Shown in pieces: positions 12,532 through 25,001 of a stretch of DNA of 64,000 bases (positions are counted from its first letter, which is position 1; the number at the start of each line of letters is the position of its first letter). A program made the position numbers and the translations under genes. Below the pieces are notes generated by a model that saw nothing but the letters and a program-made list of their open reading frames with translations, was not told where the DNA came from and made no database searches. The DNA comes from Octopus vulgaris (lineage: Eukaryota), in assembly GCA_951406725.2 (NCBI GenBank), contig OX597817.1:169694001-169758000 (forward strand), given 5' to 3'.

Positions 12532-12682
12532 CATCTGGAGTTAAAGGCCCTATGTAGGAAGCTTGACCCCCTTGTGATGTCAAATGATCAAAGCAATTAT
12601 AGGGTGCAGAGGAGTTCAATGCAGAGAAAACTACATAGCTGAATCTGGTATGATTATGGCAGGACTCAAATGAATAGCAATT
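12532..12682 (-). CDS. Candidate coding exon (phase 0 to 1: NCYSFESCHNHTRFSYVVFSALNSSAPYNCFDHLTSQGGQASYIGPLTPD)
   Basis: Acceptor ttctttattgatctcttttag, donor ATG|GTAAGA, 151 nt. Only one frame is open and it matches the phase-0 end of the 26553 exon. Confidence 0.6.
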
Positions 12683-14833
12683 CTAAAAGAGATCAATAAA
12701 GAATTGAACTAACACACACTGGACTCATTATATTACCATAATCCACTATTATCATTAATTTCTTTCCAACAAAAACAAATGGCTTTGAACAGCTAACAGA
12801 CTTGAAAGGAGGTTATAAATGAAAGTGGCTTGTAATGAATTGCATGAGAAAACTGGCTTTAAGTTGTAGATGTATGAAGAAAGAAGGTTTTAATACATTG
12901 GTTATGTTTGTAAATTGTGGTGCAGTGAATAAATGCTATACATTCACTTTGTTGATGAACATTACTAGCCATCACTGTAGGAGAGCGGATGAAGAGAAGA
13001 AACAATTGTCTGCAGTCACCAGTTTGTGCAATGAAATATGGCTCTGATTTCCTTTCAATATAACATGAAAGTCTGTTTGGTTATATAAAGTAACAATGGC
13101 AAACACAAAAGATAGTTCCCATCGTCAATGTTTGCCACAGTGGGAAAACAGACATTAAAGTGAAAATGTTGAAAACAATAGTAATGAATTTTCTTAGCAT
13201 AGCAGAGCACTGGGCATTTGTTTCACTTTTAAAATATTGCATTACCAAACAAAGGATTATTATCTCATATCCTTAGTTTCCTAGGTTGTATAGGAGGAAA
13301 AAAACAGAAAGAATATGCTGAGAAGCCAAAATGTGGTAGAAATACAATACAAATAGATTTTATAGACAAATGAAATGAAAATTGTATAATAGCAAAATTT
13401 TATAACACTGAAGTTGATCATTCTTAAATTATTAGTCAAAACAGCTGTGATGCTGTTTTAGTCTTTGATTATTAATGATATATTTCATGTTATCTTTGTA
13501 AGAACAAATGGAAGTAAGCAAAAGCAGTAGAGAGGGGCTCCCTAAAGTGTGTTTATGACTTTAAGATAATTCCATCTATATTTTGTCAAATGGAGCCGCA
13601 TTTAATGGTGATTATGGTACATTCAGCACCTGTACTTGCTTTAAACAGTAAATACTGTTGGTCACATTCATACTGACTGTCAATATTTTTATTAACTTTT
13701 CTGTAAACATTCTTGATGTAAATATTTCCATTGTAAACATTCCTAGCTATATAATATGGAAGATATAGAGAACTTCTAAGCTAGATTGAACATAAAGATT
13801 ATTTCTGAAAAATCAATATTTACAGTAAGGTTAAATAAAGGATTCTGCATTAGATGGGGTTATATTAGTACTGTCAATGTTATTACTGACAAACAATCAC
13901 TCAACTGTCCAGCAGATGCAATGACTACCTATTTCCCCTCAACTACCACAGAATATCAATAGGAATAAATGGAATGGTCAATAGAGAATGGTCAGTAGTA
14001 GTTTCAGTTTTATGACAGAACAGAATGTTATATTAGAACATAAAGATTGAGATAACTGAAGAGAATCAAGAAATTTTTTTATTTTTTTATTTTTATTTTT
14101 TATTATGCTTGAAGACATTGGCAAAAATTTCTTTATTCATCATACACTGATGAGAACTGGACACATATTCAGTAGAAGAATAGCCAGGGAAACAGATGGT
14201 ATGTTTATCATATAGGTAAGAGAAAGAGAAATACTATGTATTTGGCAGTAGAGCTCTTGGCTCTACTGCCAAATTGTTGATAAAGTAAATTCTCTATTTT
14301 ACCTAATTTTTCCAGTGACAACTGAGGCCTAATATTTTACATATTATTATTAGATTATTGCTGAAAGGGTTAGTTTAAACATCTGTTTCAATCATGTTAT
14401 TTTGTCAATATCTCATTTTCAATACAAATGAAAAACAACTCTTTCAATTCTGTACACTGCTATTTCCTTGTCTTCAATCTTAATACTACATGCTAAATAG
14501 ACAATATATTATATCCATGCTTGTAATTCTTGATTGATTACCTCATTTATATATCATTAACACTTACTTTATACATCCTCCAGCACCAATATTTATGAAA
14601 CCTGTTCTTTGTTATAATTAGGTAAATTATGTTGTGCATATTCTAAGCTATATATTCAAAACTTCCATAATTTTCTTACAAATTTTTTATTATCTGTTCA
14701 GTCAATATTATCATTTAATCTTCTATTAAATGTAAAACATTCTCCAGTAGCTTTACATATTTATCTATCACTGACGCCATGAAACATCAGCTGATGAGTG
14801 TTGCCAGCCACACCCAATTAAAACAGGCTTTAA

Positions 14834-15442
14834 CTCTTCAGCATTTAAAACCAGCCATATCTGGTTTAAATATTCTACTTGTTTTATGCTGAAAGCAATC
14901 AGATCTAGTCTCTTTTACCTACTCAACAATGTCATTTTGAAAATATACAATCATATCGTTGAAATCTCAAAGCTATGAGATAATGCAGGATTAATTCAAA
15001 ACAACGTCAATAAATATACATTACATTTGGCAGAGTAATCTGAACTTGGAAGCACTCCGTCGGTCACGACGATGAGGGTTCCGGCTGATCCGAATCAACG
15101 GAACAGCCTGCTCGTGAAATTAACGTGTAAGTGGCTGAGCACTCCACAGACACGTGTACCCTTAACGTAGTTCTCGGGGATATTCAGCGTGACACAGAGA
15201 GTGACAAGGCCGGCCCTTTGAAATACAAGTACAACAGAAACAGGAAGTAAGAGTGAGAGAAAGTTGTGGTGGAAAGAGTACAGCAGGGATCACCACCATC
15301 CCCTGCCGGAGCCTCGTGGAGCTTTTAGGTGTTTTCGCTCAATAAACACTCACAACGCCCGGTCTGGGAATCGAAACCGCGAGTCCGCTGCCCTAACCAC
15401 TGGGCCATTGCGCCTCCACAGAGTAATCTGATTACTAAAGGG
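14834..15442. mobile_element. piggyBac-like MITE (TTAA TSD) carrying a nested SINE
   Basis: TTAA|CTCTTCAG...CTAAAGGG|TTAA. Homologous to 22135-22355 and absent from the paralogous site near 19220. Confidence 0.8.
15048..15418 (-). mobile_element. tRNA-derived SINE family C
   Basis: Minus-strand head TGGAGGCGCAATGGCCCAGTGGTTAGGGCAGCGG...GGTTTCGATTCC. 13-bp TSD CAGAGTAATCTGA at 15031-15043 and 15419-15431. Confidence 0.9.
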
Positions 15443-16953
15443 TTAAATGGACTAATGAAAATTAATTCACAAATGTATAGATTGCATACAATAGTTCCTT
15501 GGTCAGAAAGCTGTTCATTTTTCTTAGAAAAATTAACTCTGTGGATGCCAGCTGACTGAATGAAAAAACACTCTTAGTTGTATTATGTAATACAGACTTC
15601 ACTGCGAAAGAGGAATCGATAAATACACTCTTCCATAAGACATAGCAACTTTAAAGGTTTCAAGTAACAGGTCCACCACTCAAGATCTATTAAAATATTA
15701 AAAGTAATACATTGGGACAGCAATGAAAGAAAAGTACTCATATGAAGACATAAATGTAGTTGGATAGAAGTATTGTAGAGTTAGTCTTTGTAAATAGTAA
15801 AATTCTCTTATTCTAATTGAATGAGAGAATAATGGAGTGGTTCTTGAAATGTTTAAAGAGGAAATTGATTTTAGATCTCCAATTAAAACATTGTAGAGAG
15901 ATTCAGCTGTATAACTCTACTGAAAGTAAATATTATAGTAAGAGTAAATGAAACAAAATGAAAAAAATATATTTATTTTTGAGTGGAGAGTAAGGATATC
16001 CATAATGAATACAAAAATATTTCAATAAAATAAAATAAAATAAATACAAATTGTAATGTATAATCATTAATTTAGTATTCTAGCATGTTAGTCATAGAAT
16101 TTCAATGGCGGCAGTAGAAATTGAATGGCAGTAGAGAATAACTGGTCAAATACTGATAGAAACTAGCTTTCTTAGTTTTGTATTTGTTTCATAAGATATA
16201 TGTTCAAGAAGAAGGGCCATATGCAAATGAAGGAAGAAACTATAGAACTATAAAGTCTACCTATACAAGGGGAAACATAACTGTATCCTTGAGTCGTTAA
16301 TCTTAAGTCAATGTTGTTGATTGAATAAAGCAAAAAGAAATATCATAGATCATAAAACTAATGCTTGGTTAAAGAAATATATCTCAGTTTTAATAAACAT
16401 TGGAACACAAATAATGGTTAAGTGGATCTGATCTTTTTAAATAGATTACAAAAAATGTTTAATAAAGAATTAAACATTATAAAAATGAAGGTTTGATAAA
16501 TGTTTATGGTTAAATAGTGGAAAACATTAATGTAAAATTAATTACTGTTCATTTGGATCTAATTAATTATGCAAATTAATTAAGACTAGAAAAAAAAACA
16601 ATAATTAGTTCGGTTTAAATTTGTTTTAAAATCACATAATCCATTGGGCCAGCACTTTACTTCTCCTTTTCCTTCATCATCATCACCACCATCAACACCA
16701 TCCTCATCATCACCATCACTATTGTTGTTTTAACATCTATTTTCCCATACTTGTAAGAGTTTACTGAAGAGTATACGAAAGCAGATTTTCTATGGCTGGA
16801 TACTCTTCCTGTCATCAATCCTTACTCGTTTCCAAGCAAGGTAATATTTGCCCATGTCCAGAAGTTTTTTTTACATTTTGTTTTTGCCGAATATTTTTAA
16901 TGATTGATGTTCAATCACAACAATCATGCAATGCCAAGAGAACACACATGCAT

Positions 16954-17006
<53 letters not shown>

Positions 17007-17622
17007 CACACGCTCACGCACACACACATTCAATGGGCTTCTTTCAGATCGATGAAATCCACCACAAAGCTTTGATTTGCCTGCGGCTATATTACAAGAC
17101 AGCAGTGTGCCACACAGAGGGATTGAACCCGAAACCATGCAGTCACACCTGCACCTACATTTCAGTAACAATAAATAAAAATAGAGAAACCTCCTTTAGG
17201 TCATCAGTATATCGCAATTACCTTAACCCCATAAATCCATCACAACCTGGAAATTAAGGTACATAATAAAAAGTGTCCTATTTTGGGATAGAATAAAAAA
17301 AAAGACCAACAGCAAATTTGAACTTGTAAATAATATTTTAGTCACTTGAGATGATGGATACTCGCAATATCTTCTTCTTCATCACCCTACCCCACCCACA
17401 CCACCACACCACACCACCATCATCATCAGCATCATTATTATTTAACGTCCACTTTCTCATGCTTGCATGGGTTAGACAGTTGCTGAGGTAGCTTTTTTGT
17501 GTGGCTTAATGCTCTTCCTATCACCAACTCTCACTGGTTTCCAAGCAAAGTAATGTCCCCCATAGCAAGCCTTGTTACAACTATTACATGAAGTAAAGGA
17601 GACAGTAGACACACACACATAT

Positions 17623-17678
<56 letters not shown>

Positions 17679-18045
17679 GAGGCTTCTTTCAATTTCCGTC
17701 TACCAAACCCACTCACATGGCTTTGGTTGGCTTTAGTAAACGACACTTTCCCAAGGTGCTTCATAGTGGGACTGAACCAGGGACCATATGGTTGGGAAGC
17801 AAACATCTTACTCTACAGTCAAATTTGTGCCGCTTCATACTTTTTCATTCCCTGCCTGTCTCTTTTTTTTTTTTTACTCAACAAGTCCTAACTATAGTTA
17901 AATGTTGGGCTGATGAAGAGTTAACAGACATTAAGATCAAGAAAATAATACCATAAACAAATTCAAAGATTATTTTACAGTGGTACAACAATATTTGTGA
18001 TAGAAAAATCTTATACTTTTTCCATTTGGCCAATGGTTAATGGAT

Positions 18046-18428
18046 GGAAGCACTCCGTCGGTTACGACGATGAGGGTTCCGGTTGATCCGAATCAACGGA
18101 ACAGCCTGCTCGTGAAATTAATGTGTAAGTGGCTGAGCACTCCACAGACACGTGTACCCTTAACGTAGTTGTCGGGGATATTCAGCGTGACACAGAGAGT
18201 GACAAGGCCGGCCCTTTGAAATACAGGTACAACAGAAACAGGAAGTAAGAGTGAGAGAAAGTTGTGGTGAAAGAGTACAGCAGGAATCACCACCATCCCT
18301 GCCAGAGCCTCGTGGACCTTTTAGGTGTTTTCACTCAATAAACACTCACAACGCCCGGTCTGAGAATCGAAACTGCGATCCTATGACCGTGAGTCCGCTG
18401 CACTAACCACTGGGCCATTGCGCCTCCA
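18046..18428 (-). mobile_element. SINE family C
   Basis: Near-identical to 15048-15418, flanked by TSD CCAATGGTTAA. Confidence 0.9.
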
Positions 18429-18466
18429 TCCAATGGTTAAATGTTATATATATCAATAACACTTAC

Positions 18467-18930
18467 AAGGTAGCCAGCTGGTAGAATTGCTAGCACACTG
18501 GATGAAATGCTTAGTGGTATTTCACCTGCTGAAGGCGGTGAGCTGACAGAAACGCTAATGCAAAGGGCGGAATGCCTAACGGTATTTCGTCTGCCACTAC
18601 GTTCTGAGTTCAAATTCCGCCGAGGTCAACTTTACCTTTCATCCTTTCGGGGGTCGATTAAATAAGTACCAGTTACGCACTGGGGTCGATATAATCAACT
18701 TAATCCGTTTGTCTGTCCTTGTTTGTCCTCTCTGTGTTTAACCCCTTGTGGGTAGTAAAGAAATAGGTATTTCACCTGTTGCTATGTTCTGAGTTCAAAT
18801 TCCACCAAGATTGACCTTGCCTTTTATCCTTTCAGAGTCAATAAATTAAGTACCAGTAAAACACTGGGGTTGATGTAATTGAATAGTCCCCACCTCCGAA
18901 AATTTGAGGCTATGTGCTTTTAGCAGAAAA
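18467..18930 (+). mobile_element. SINE family A with a younger family A copy nested inside (about 18531-18775)
   Basis: Outer TSD-like TATCA(A/T)TAACACTTAC. The inner copy is flanked by duplicated GGTATTTCACCTG. Confidence 0.8.
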
Positions 18931-19431
18931 GATGTATCATTAACACTTACTTTATATATCCTCCAACACTAATATTTATGAAACCTGCTTTTTGTTATTT
19001 ATAATTAGGTAAATTATGTTCTGCATACTCTAAGTTATATATTTAACACTTTCATAATTTACTTACATATTCTTTATTATCTGTTCAACCAATATTATCA
19101 TTTAATCTTCTATTACATGTAAAACACTCTCCAGTAGCTTCACATATTTTTTTTTTATCACTGATACAATGAAACATCAGCTGATGAGTGTTGCCAGCCA
19201 CACCCAACTAAAACAAGCTGTAAATGAACTAATGGAAATTAATACACAAATGAATAGATTGCATACAATAGTTCCTTGGTTAGAAAGCTGTTCATTTTGC
19301 TAAGAAATATTAACTCTATGGATGCCATAGTCTAGCTTCACTTAATCAAACTTAGAATCAAAGGCATTCCTGTTGTGACCATCCCATCTTTTTTCATTGT
19401 CAGGTTTATTTCCAGGACTACATTATACAAA

Positions 19432-19840
19432 GGTGTAGGAGTGGCTGTGTGGTAAGTAGCTTGCTTACCAACCACATGGTTCTGAGTTCAGTCCCACTGC
19501 GTGGCACCTTGGGCGAGTGTCTTCTACTATAGCCTCGGGCTGACCAAAGCCTTGTGAGTGGATTTGGTAGATGGAAACTGAAAAGAAGCCCGTCGTATAT
19601 ATGTATATGTATGTATGTATGTGTGTGTATATGTTTGTGTGTCTGTGTTTGTCCCCACAACATCGCATGACAACCGATGTTGGTGTGTTTATGTCACCAT
19701 CACTTAGCGGTTTGGCAAAAGAGACCGATGGAATAAGTACTAGGCTTACAAAGAATAAGTCCTGGGGTTTATTCGCTCGACTAAAGGTGGTGCTCCAGCA
19801 TGGCCACAGTCAAATGACTGAAACAAGTAAAAGAGTAAAG
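19432..19840 (+). mobile_element. SINE family B
   Basis: GGAGTGGCTGTGTGGTAAG A-box, GAGTTCAGTCC B-box-like, CCTTGGGCGAGT CORE-like, internal (TATG) tract, 3' GTCAAATGACTGAAACAAGTAAAAGAG. Confidence 0.9.
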
Positions 19841-20246
19841 CATTTTTCCTTTTTGTTTTTTTTTAAAATGCTAGGTTATGATTTGAGGTTGCTATTTCTA
19901 GCAGATATAGTGACCACATAGAAACACCCCCACCTCTAGTAAACAGTTTGATATATTCAATTGCAGATAGATATTACGAAAAATATCAAGTCTTTTTGCT
20001 TGCTTGTTCTATTTTTAATTCGTTTAAAGTAATATATTTCATTTCAATGGAATACTTAAGCAGTTCTGTGCACATCACGTAACCAACTGACATTATTCAC
20101 TGTTGTTCCATTACATGATTATTTCTTGTTTCTCTATTATATAATCTTCACTTCATACAGAAAGAGAAACTCTTCACTTCCAACAGTGATGTAAGTACTC
20201 TAAACTTCCTCTACTCTCTATGAATTCAACCTAATCCCTTGTTATA

Positions 20247-20865
20247 CATCATCAACATCATCATCATCATCATCATCATCATCGTTTAACGTCCGTTCTC
20301 CATGCTAGCATGGGTTGGACGGTTCGACCGGGGATCTGGGAAGCCAGAAGGCTGCACCAGGCTCCGGTCTTATCTGGCAAAGTTTCTACAGCTGGATGCC
20401 CTTCCTAACGCCAACCACTCCGTGAGTGTAGTGGGTGCTTTTTACATGCCAGCTGCACTGGTGCCAGGCGAGGCTGGCATCGGCCACGGTCGGATTGGTG
20501 CATTTTATGGAAGCCAGTCGAGGCGGCACTGGCTTTGGCTACGATTCGGATGGTGCTTTTTACGTGCCACCGACACAGAAGCCAGTCGAGGCGGCGCTGG
20601 CATTGGCCACAATTCGGATGGTGCATTTTATGGAAGCTAGTCGAGGCGGCACTGGCTTCGGCTACGATTCGGATGGTGCTTTTTATGTGCCACCGACACG
20701 GAAGCCAGTCGAGGCGGCACTGGCACCGGCCACAATTCGGATGGTGCATTTTATGGAAGCTAGTCGAGGCGGCACTGGCTTCGGCTACGATTCGGATGGT
20801 ACTTTTTAAGTGCCACCGACACGGAAGCCAATCGAGGCGGCGCTAGCATCGGCCACAATTCGGAT
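20247..20865 (-). mobile_element. Retroposon family D with a higher-order (~120 bp dimeric) internal tandem array
   Basis: (CAT)n tail at left. Alternating units ...GAAGCYAGTCGAGGCGGC... repeat about 6 times. Confidence 0.85.
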
Positions 20866-21276
20866 ATCTAACATTAATTCCATCACCTGTATGAATGCAC
20901 ATAAACCTATGTTATCATAATATAACAATATTATAAAGATAGCATGACCTAATGAGGGTATCTTTACATAGCCACTGACTGTCAAAAGTAGTAGCCATAC
21001 CTCTATCAAACTACACCAATACTGTCTTATTAAAAGAGGACACATAAAATTATGTAGTCATAAATAGTCATTAAAGGACATGATAGTAGGGTTGGATTAA
21101 GACCCATGAAGGTCCTAAGCACATAAAAGATTTTGGTGCCCCCCCCCCACACATACATCTAATTCAAAATATAAACAATAATAGACCATAAAATAAATTT
21201 TTATATTTCAAAATGAAACAAAACAGTAAGATGGAAAATAATGTTTATTTTTTTAATAATATACATATATATATAC

Positions 21277-21321
<45 letters not shown>

Positions 21322-21479
21322 GCTTCTTTCAGTTTCTATCAACCAAATCCACTCATAAGACTTTGGTCAGCCTGGGCTTATAGTAGGAGACACTTGCCCA
21401 AAGTGTCACACAGTGGGACTGAACCTGGAACCACGTGGTTGGTAAGCAAGCTACTTACCACACAGCCACTCTTGGTCAT

Positions 21480-21959
21480 TTTTTTTCTTTTTGCCAAATA
21501 AACACACACCCTATATATTTGATCTTCACTCATTTATTACTGTTCTTATTTTAACTCACGCCCATTGTCTACAAATCTTTCATCACACATCTGTGACCTC
21601 CTCAGCAACACTTTCCGTCTTCATGTGTACTCTTGCTCTGCTTATTTCATTATGTTCTTCTATGATGTATATCCTTATATGCACATGTACGTGTGTGTAT
21701 GTGTCATTGTCAATGACATACACACACACACACACACAAACACAGACGTATGCAGATAAGGTGATACACATCACAGAAGAACAGAATAGAATAAGTGGCG
21801 CAAGAGCACATACAAAGATGGAAAGTGTAACTGAGAAGGTCATAGACATATGATGAAAGATTTCCAGACAATGGACTTTAGTTAGAATAAGAAAAGTATT
21901 AAATGAGTGAAGAACACAAATATACAGTCTGCGTGTTTATTTGGCAAAAAAAAAAAAAA
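21480..21959. repeat. ~480 bp imperfect palindrome (foldback element)
   Basis: Arms pair along the whole length: TTTGCCAAATAAACAC/GTGTTTATTTGGCAAA, CCATTGTCT..AATCTTTCATCA/TGATGAAAGATT..AGACAATGG, centre GTCATTGTCAATGAC near 21710. Confidence 0.85.
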
Positions 21960-22134
21960 TTACCATCCCGACATACAACAATATCTATTTCAACACATAA
22001 CTTCATACCAGGAATCTTGCAACAAAAATTCATAGACTTATATCATTTTAGCAAGCTTAAAGTGATTTCATTTGTGCCACTTCTGTAGTTCTCCCTTTCC
22101 TTTGATGCCCTAAGCACACATTTATTTTGCTTAA

Positions 22135-22355
22135 CCCTTTAGCAATTAAACCGGCCATATCCGGCCAAAAGTATTCTGCTTGTTTTATGGTCAAACTGGC
22201 CAGATCTGGTCTCTCACACCAACCCTACAATATTATCTTAAAAATTAACAGCTACCTCATCAAAATCTCATAACTACAAGATAATGCACGATTAATTCAA
22301 AACAATTTGGATAAAAAGGGATTAATTTTGGCAGAATGATGTGAACACTAAAGGG
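22135..22355. mobile_element. piggyBac-like MITE
   Basis: TTAA|CCCTTTAG...CTAAAGGG|TTAA: perfect 8-bp TIR and TTAA TSD. Confidence 0.85.
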
Positions 22356-22431
22356 TTAATGGTTAATCTATTGCTGCATGATAGTCATGGATGGAAAGAC
22401 TTTGATCATAGATCTGCTCTGTCAACATCAC

Positions 22432-22845
22432 TTTCTTAAGCTCTTCACACCGTATAGAGCATAGACCATTTATGACATTTTTTCATTGTTCTTGACTCCA
22501 GGCTGTCTTTTCTGCTTCTCTTCTGTTGGATCTCTGATCTTTCAATTCTGGTTCTTAAACTGACAGACTGATAAGTTTCCAGCTGATAAGAGAGAAGGTC
22601 TTCTTCTGACAGGTCTTGGTTTTGAATTGTCATTTATGCTTTTGTAACTTTGCTTTTTTTTTCTAGGTAGGGTGTTGGCCCAATGCAAACCCATTTTTAC
22701 TACTGGAAAGTGGCAGTCCATATTTGCTGGCCTCTATTTTTTTCACCTGTCTAGCATGGCAGGCCCTACCAGGAGTTTATGTGTCACTGGCATAGCTCTC
22801 AAGGTCATAGAGGCACACAAGCTACCACACTGCAACAAGGGCTGA
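22432..22845 (-). mobile_element. Internally deleted (bipartite) RTE-derived non-autonomous element
   Basis: Minus strand begins with an RTE/Rex3-like 5'UTR (CCTTGTTGCAGTG...GAGAGCTATGCC...CTCCTGGTAGGGCC) and ends with an RTE-like 3' end (GGTCTATGCTC...GTGAAGAGCTTAAG). Confidence 0.5.
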
Positions 22846-23694
22846 ACCTTGAGTCAGCCTATCAACCTTGACCTAGGGCTAAACAACAGGGTAAAGCACC
22901 CCTTTGGTCATGAATGACCATGGGATTACACTTAGAAAGTTCCCCTCCAAGGCACAAGTCTGGACAAGGTTGTTTTATGGAAGACCAATAGTCAACCATG
23001 CATACTAGCCTCTCCTTTCCAAGCCACCAATGTTATCCAAAGGAAAGGCAAAGGCTGATACAGCTTGAAACCAGTGATGTCACAACTCATTTCTACAACT
23101 CAATGAATTGGAGCAATGTGAAATAAAGTGTCTTGCTCAAGAACACAATACACAGCCTGGTTTGGAAACTGAACTTGTTACCTCATGATTTTGAGCACGA
23201 TGCTCAAACCAATGAGCCATGCACCTTCATAAACAACAACAACAACAACAACATTGTAAGAGCAAAGTAACATAATATCCTCTCGTTAGCAGAGCAAAAC
23301 TATAATTGCTCTCTCTGTGAAGAGCAATTTGACTAAATGCTCCTAAGTCTTTCAAATCAATGTTTATTTCTAATATTTTCATTTCTTTTATTTCTTTACC
23401 TTATTCCTTTAAAATATATTTTGGCTAACTTCTGTCAAAATAGTTCCCATTATTCCTTCCTCACACTTACCCAGTTACAAAATCAAACACATTTCCATTA
23501 ACATTTTCAAAAAGAAATTTTTCAGTGAGTTTTTTTATCGTTTCTTTTGTTTCCTTTTTGTTTCTCCCTCACATTTTCTTGTTCTTAGACATTTTACTCT
23601 TAAATTTTAACTTTCACACAGTGTCCCCTCCCTTGTCTCTTCTACCACTATTACAACAGACGTTGCTCCTTTGAACTTACTAACTATACATACG

Positions 23695-24010
23695 TGGAGG
23701 CGCAATGGCCCAGTGGTTAGGGCAGTGGACTCGCGGTCGGAGGATCGCAGCTTCGATTCCCAGACCTGGCGTTGTGTGTGTTTATTGAGTGAAAACACCT
23801 GAAGCTCCACGAGGCTCCAGCAGGGGGTGGTGGCAATCCCTGTTGTACTCTTTCGTCCCAACTTTCTCTCACTCTCTCTTCCTGTTTCTTGAGTTTAAGT
23901 AATGCTGCGATGGACTGGCGTCCCATCCAGCTGGGGGGAACACTTATGCCACAGAAACCGGGAAACCAGGCCCATGAGCCTGGTTAGGCTTGAAAAGGGC
24001 ACATAAATAA
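23695..24010 (+). mobile_element. SINE family C head/body with a different 3' tail
   Basis: Same tRNA head as the 15418 copy, TSD AACTATACATAC, 3' part GATGGACTGGCGTCCCATCCAG...GAAAAGGGCAC. Confidence 0.85.
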
Positions 24011-24369
24011 AAACTATACATACTATCTTTACCAAAACCTACTTATTCATTTCTCTTCCAGATAAAAATCATTTTATCCAATCTTTCTTCCTAAGAATTG
24101 CATTTAAATGTTGATCCCTTTCAACCCCTGTTTTTTTTTCCCAGTAAAATAGCACTAAACTGTTCAAATTAAACATTGACAATAATAGCCCTATCCAGTC
24201 GTTTTTATATCTCAGTTTAGGAGGAAAGTAAACAGATAATGCTGGTTCAAATGGTCTTCCTCTTTTATGTTCGGAACCAGCCAGATCCAGCTTCTCATAC
24301 CAACTTGACAATGTCATTCTAAAAGCATACTATCACATCATCAAAATCTTGAGGCTACAAGTAATGCAT

Positions 24370-25001
24370 GACGCTATACACACGCCAAGAGCGTCGCCTA
24401 AACATCTTTCACCTGTGCTGCCTCTGGAAAATCCTCCGCATCAAATGGCAGAATCATATCCCCAACAAAGATGTCCTCAGGCAAGCAGGAATACCAAGCA
24501 TGTTTGCACTCCTCACACAAAGACGTATGAAATGGCTTGGGCATGTTAGCCGTATGAAAGATGGCAGAATCCCCAAGGACATACTCTACGGAGAGCTTGC
24601 TAGGGGTACTAGGTCTGTGGGTAGACCGATCTTACGTTACAAGGATGTTTACAAAAGGGACATGAAGGCCTGCAACATCAATATTAGCGGTTGGGAGGCA
24701 GTTGCCGGCAATCGTGGAGACTGGCGACGTACCGTAAGAGAGGGAATACAAAGGAGTGACAGAGAGAGAGAGGAGAAATGGAAAGAAAAGAAGAGACGTA
24801 AACAAGAGACTATGGCACTACAACCAGCCAGGAACAGTCTTCGCTACATTTGCGGTACCTGCCAAAGGGAGTGTTTGTCCAGGATAGGACTACACAGCCA
24901 CAGCAGGAAATGTATCAGGACATGAAATATAAAAGCCGGACTAGACTACTTCATGCGCAACTCCATTGTCTCCCGATACAGAAAGGATGCCAACCAACCA
25001 A
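24370..25001 (+). mobile_element. 5'-truncated RTE (BovB-like) LINE 3' end, inserted in a decayed piggyBac-like MITE
   Basis: ORF 24368-24925 with WLGHVSRMKDGRIPKDILYGEL, GRPILRYKD and C-terminal CxxC...HxxxC finger. (CCAA)n tail. Flanks resemble 22135-22355. Confidence 0.85.

Larger units (their letters stand above)
14552..15550 (+). repeat. Copy 1 of a local duplication (copy 2 at 18935-19327), interrupted by a MITE
   Basis: TATCATTAACACTTAC...GTTGCCAGCCACACCCAA...GATTGCATACAATAGTTCCTTGG...GGATGCCA is shared with 18935-19327. Confidence 0.85.
21087..22376. mobile_element. Decayed hAT-type non-autonomous DNA transposon with nested insertions
   Basis: Perfect 8-bp TSD CATGATAG at 21079-21086 and 22377-22384. 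Degenerate TIRs TAGGGTTGGATTAA and TTAATCTATTGCTG. Subterminal CCTAAGCAC motifs at both ends. Confidence 0.65.

Noticed and set aside
15360-15418. tRNA genes at SINE heads (families B, C, E)
   Set aside because: They continue into SINE bodies with TSDs and do not form complete cloverleafs.
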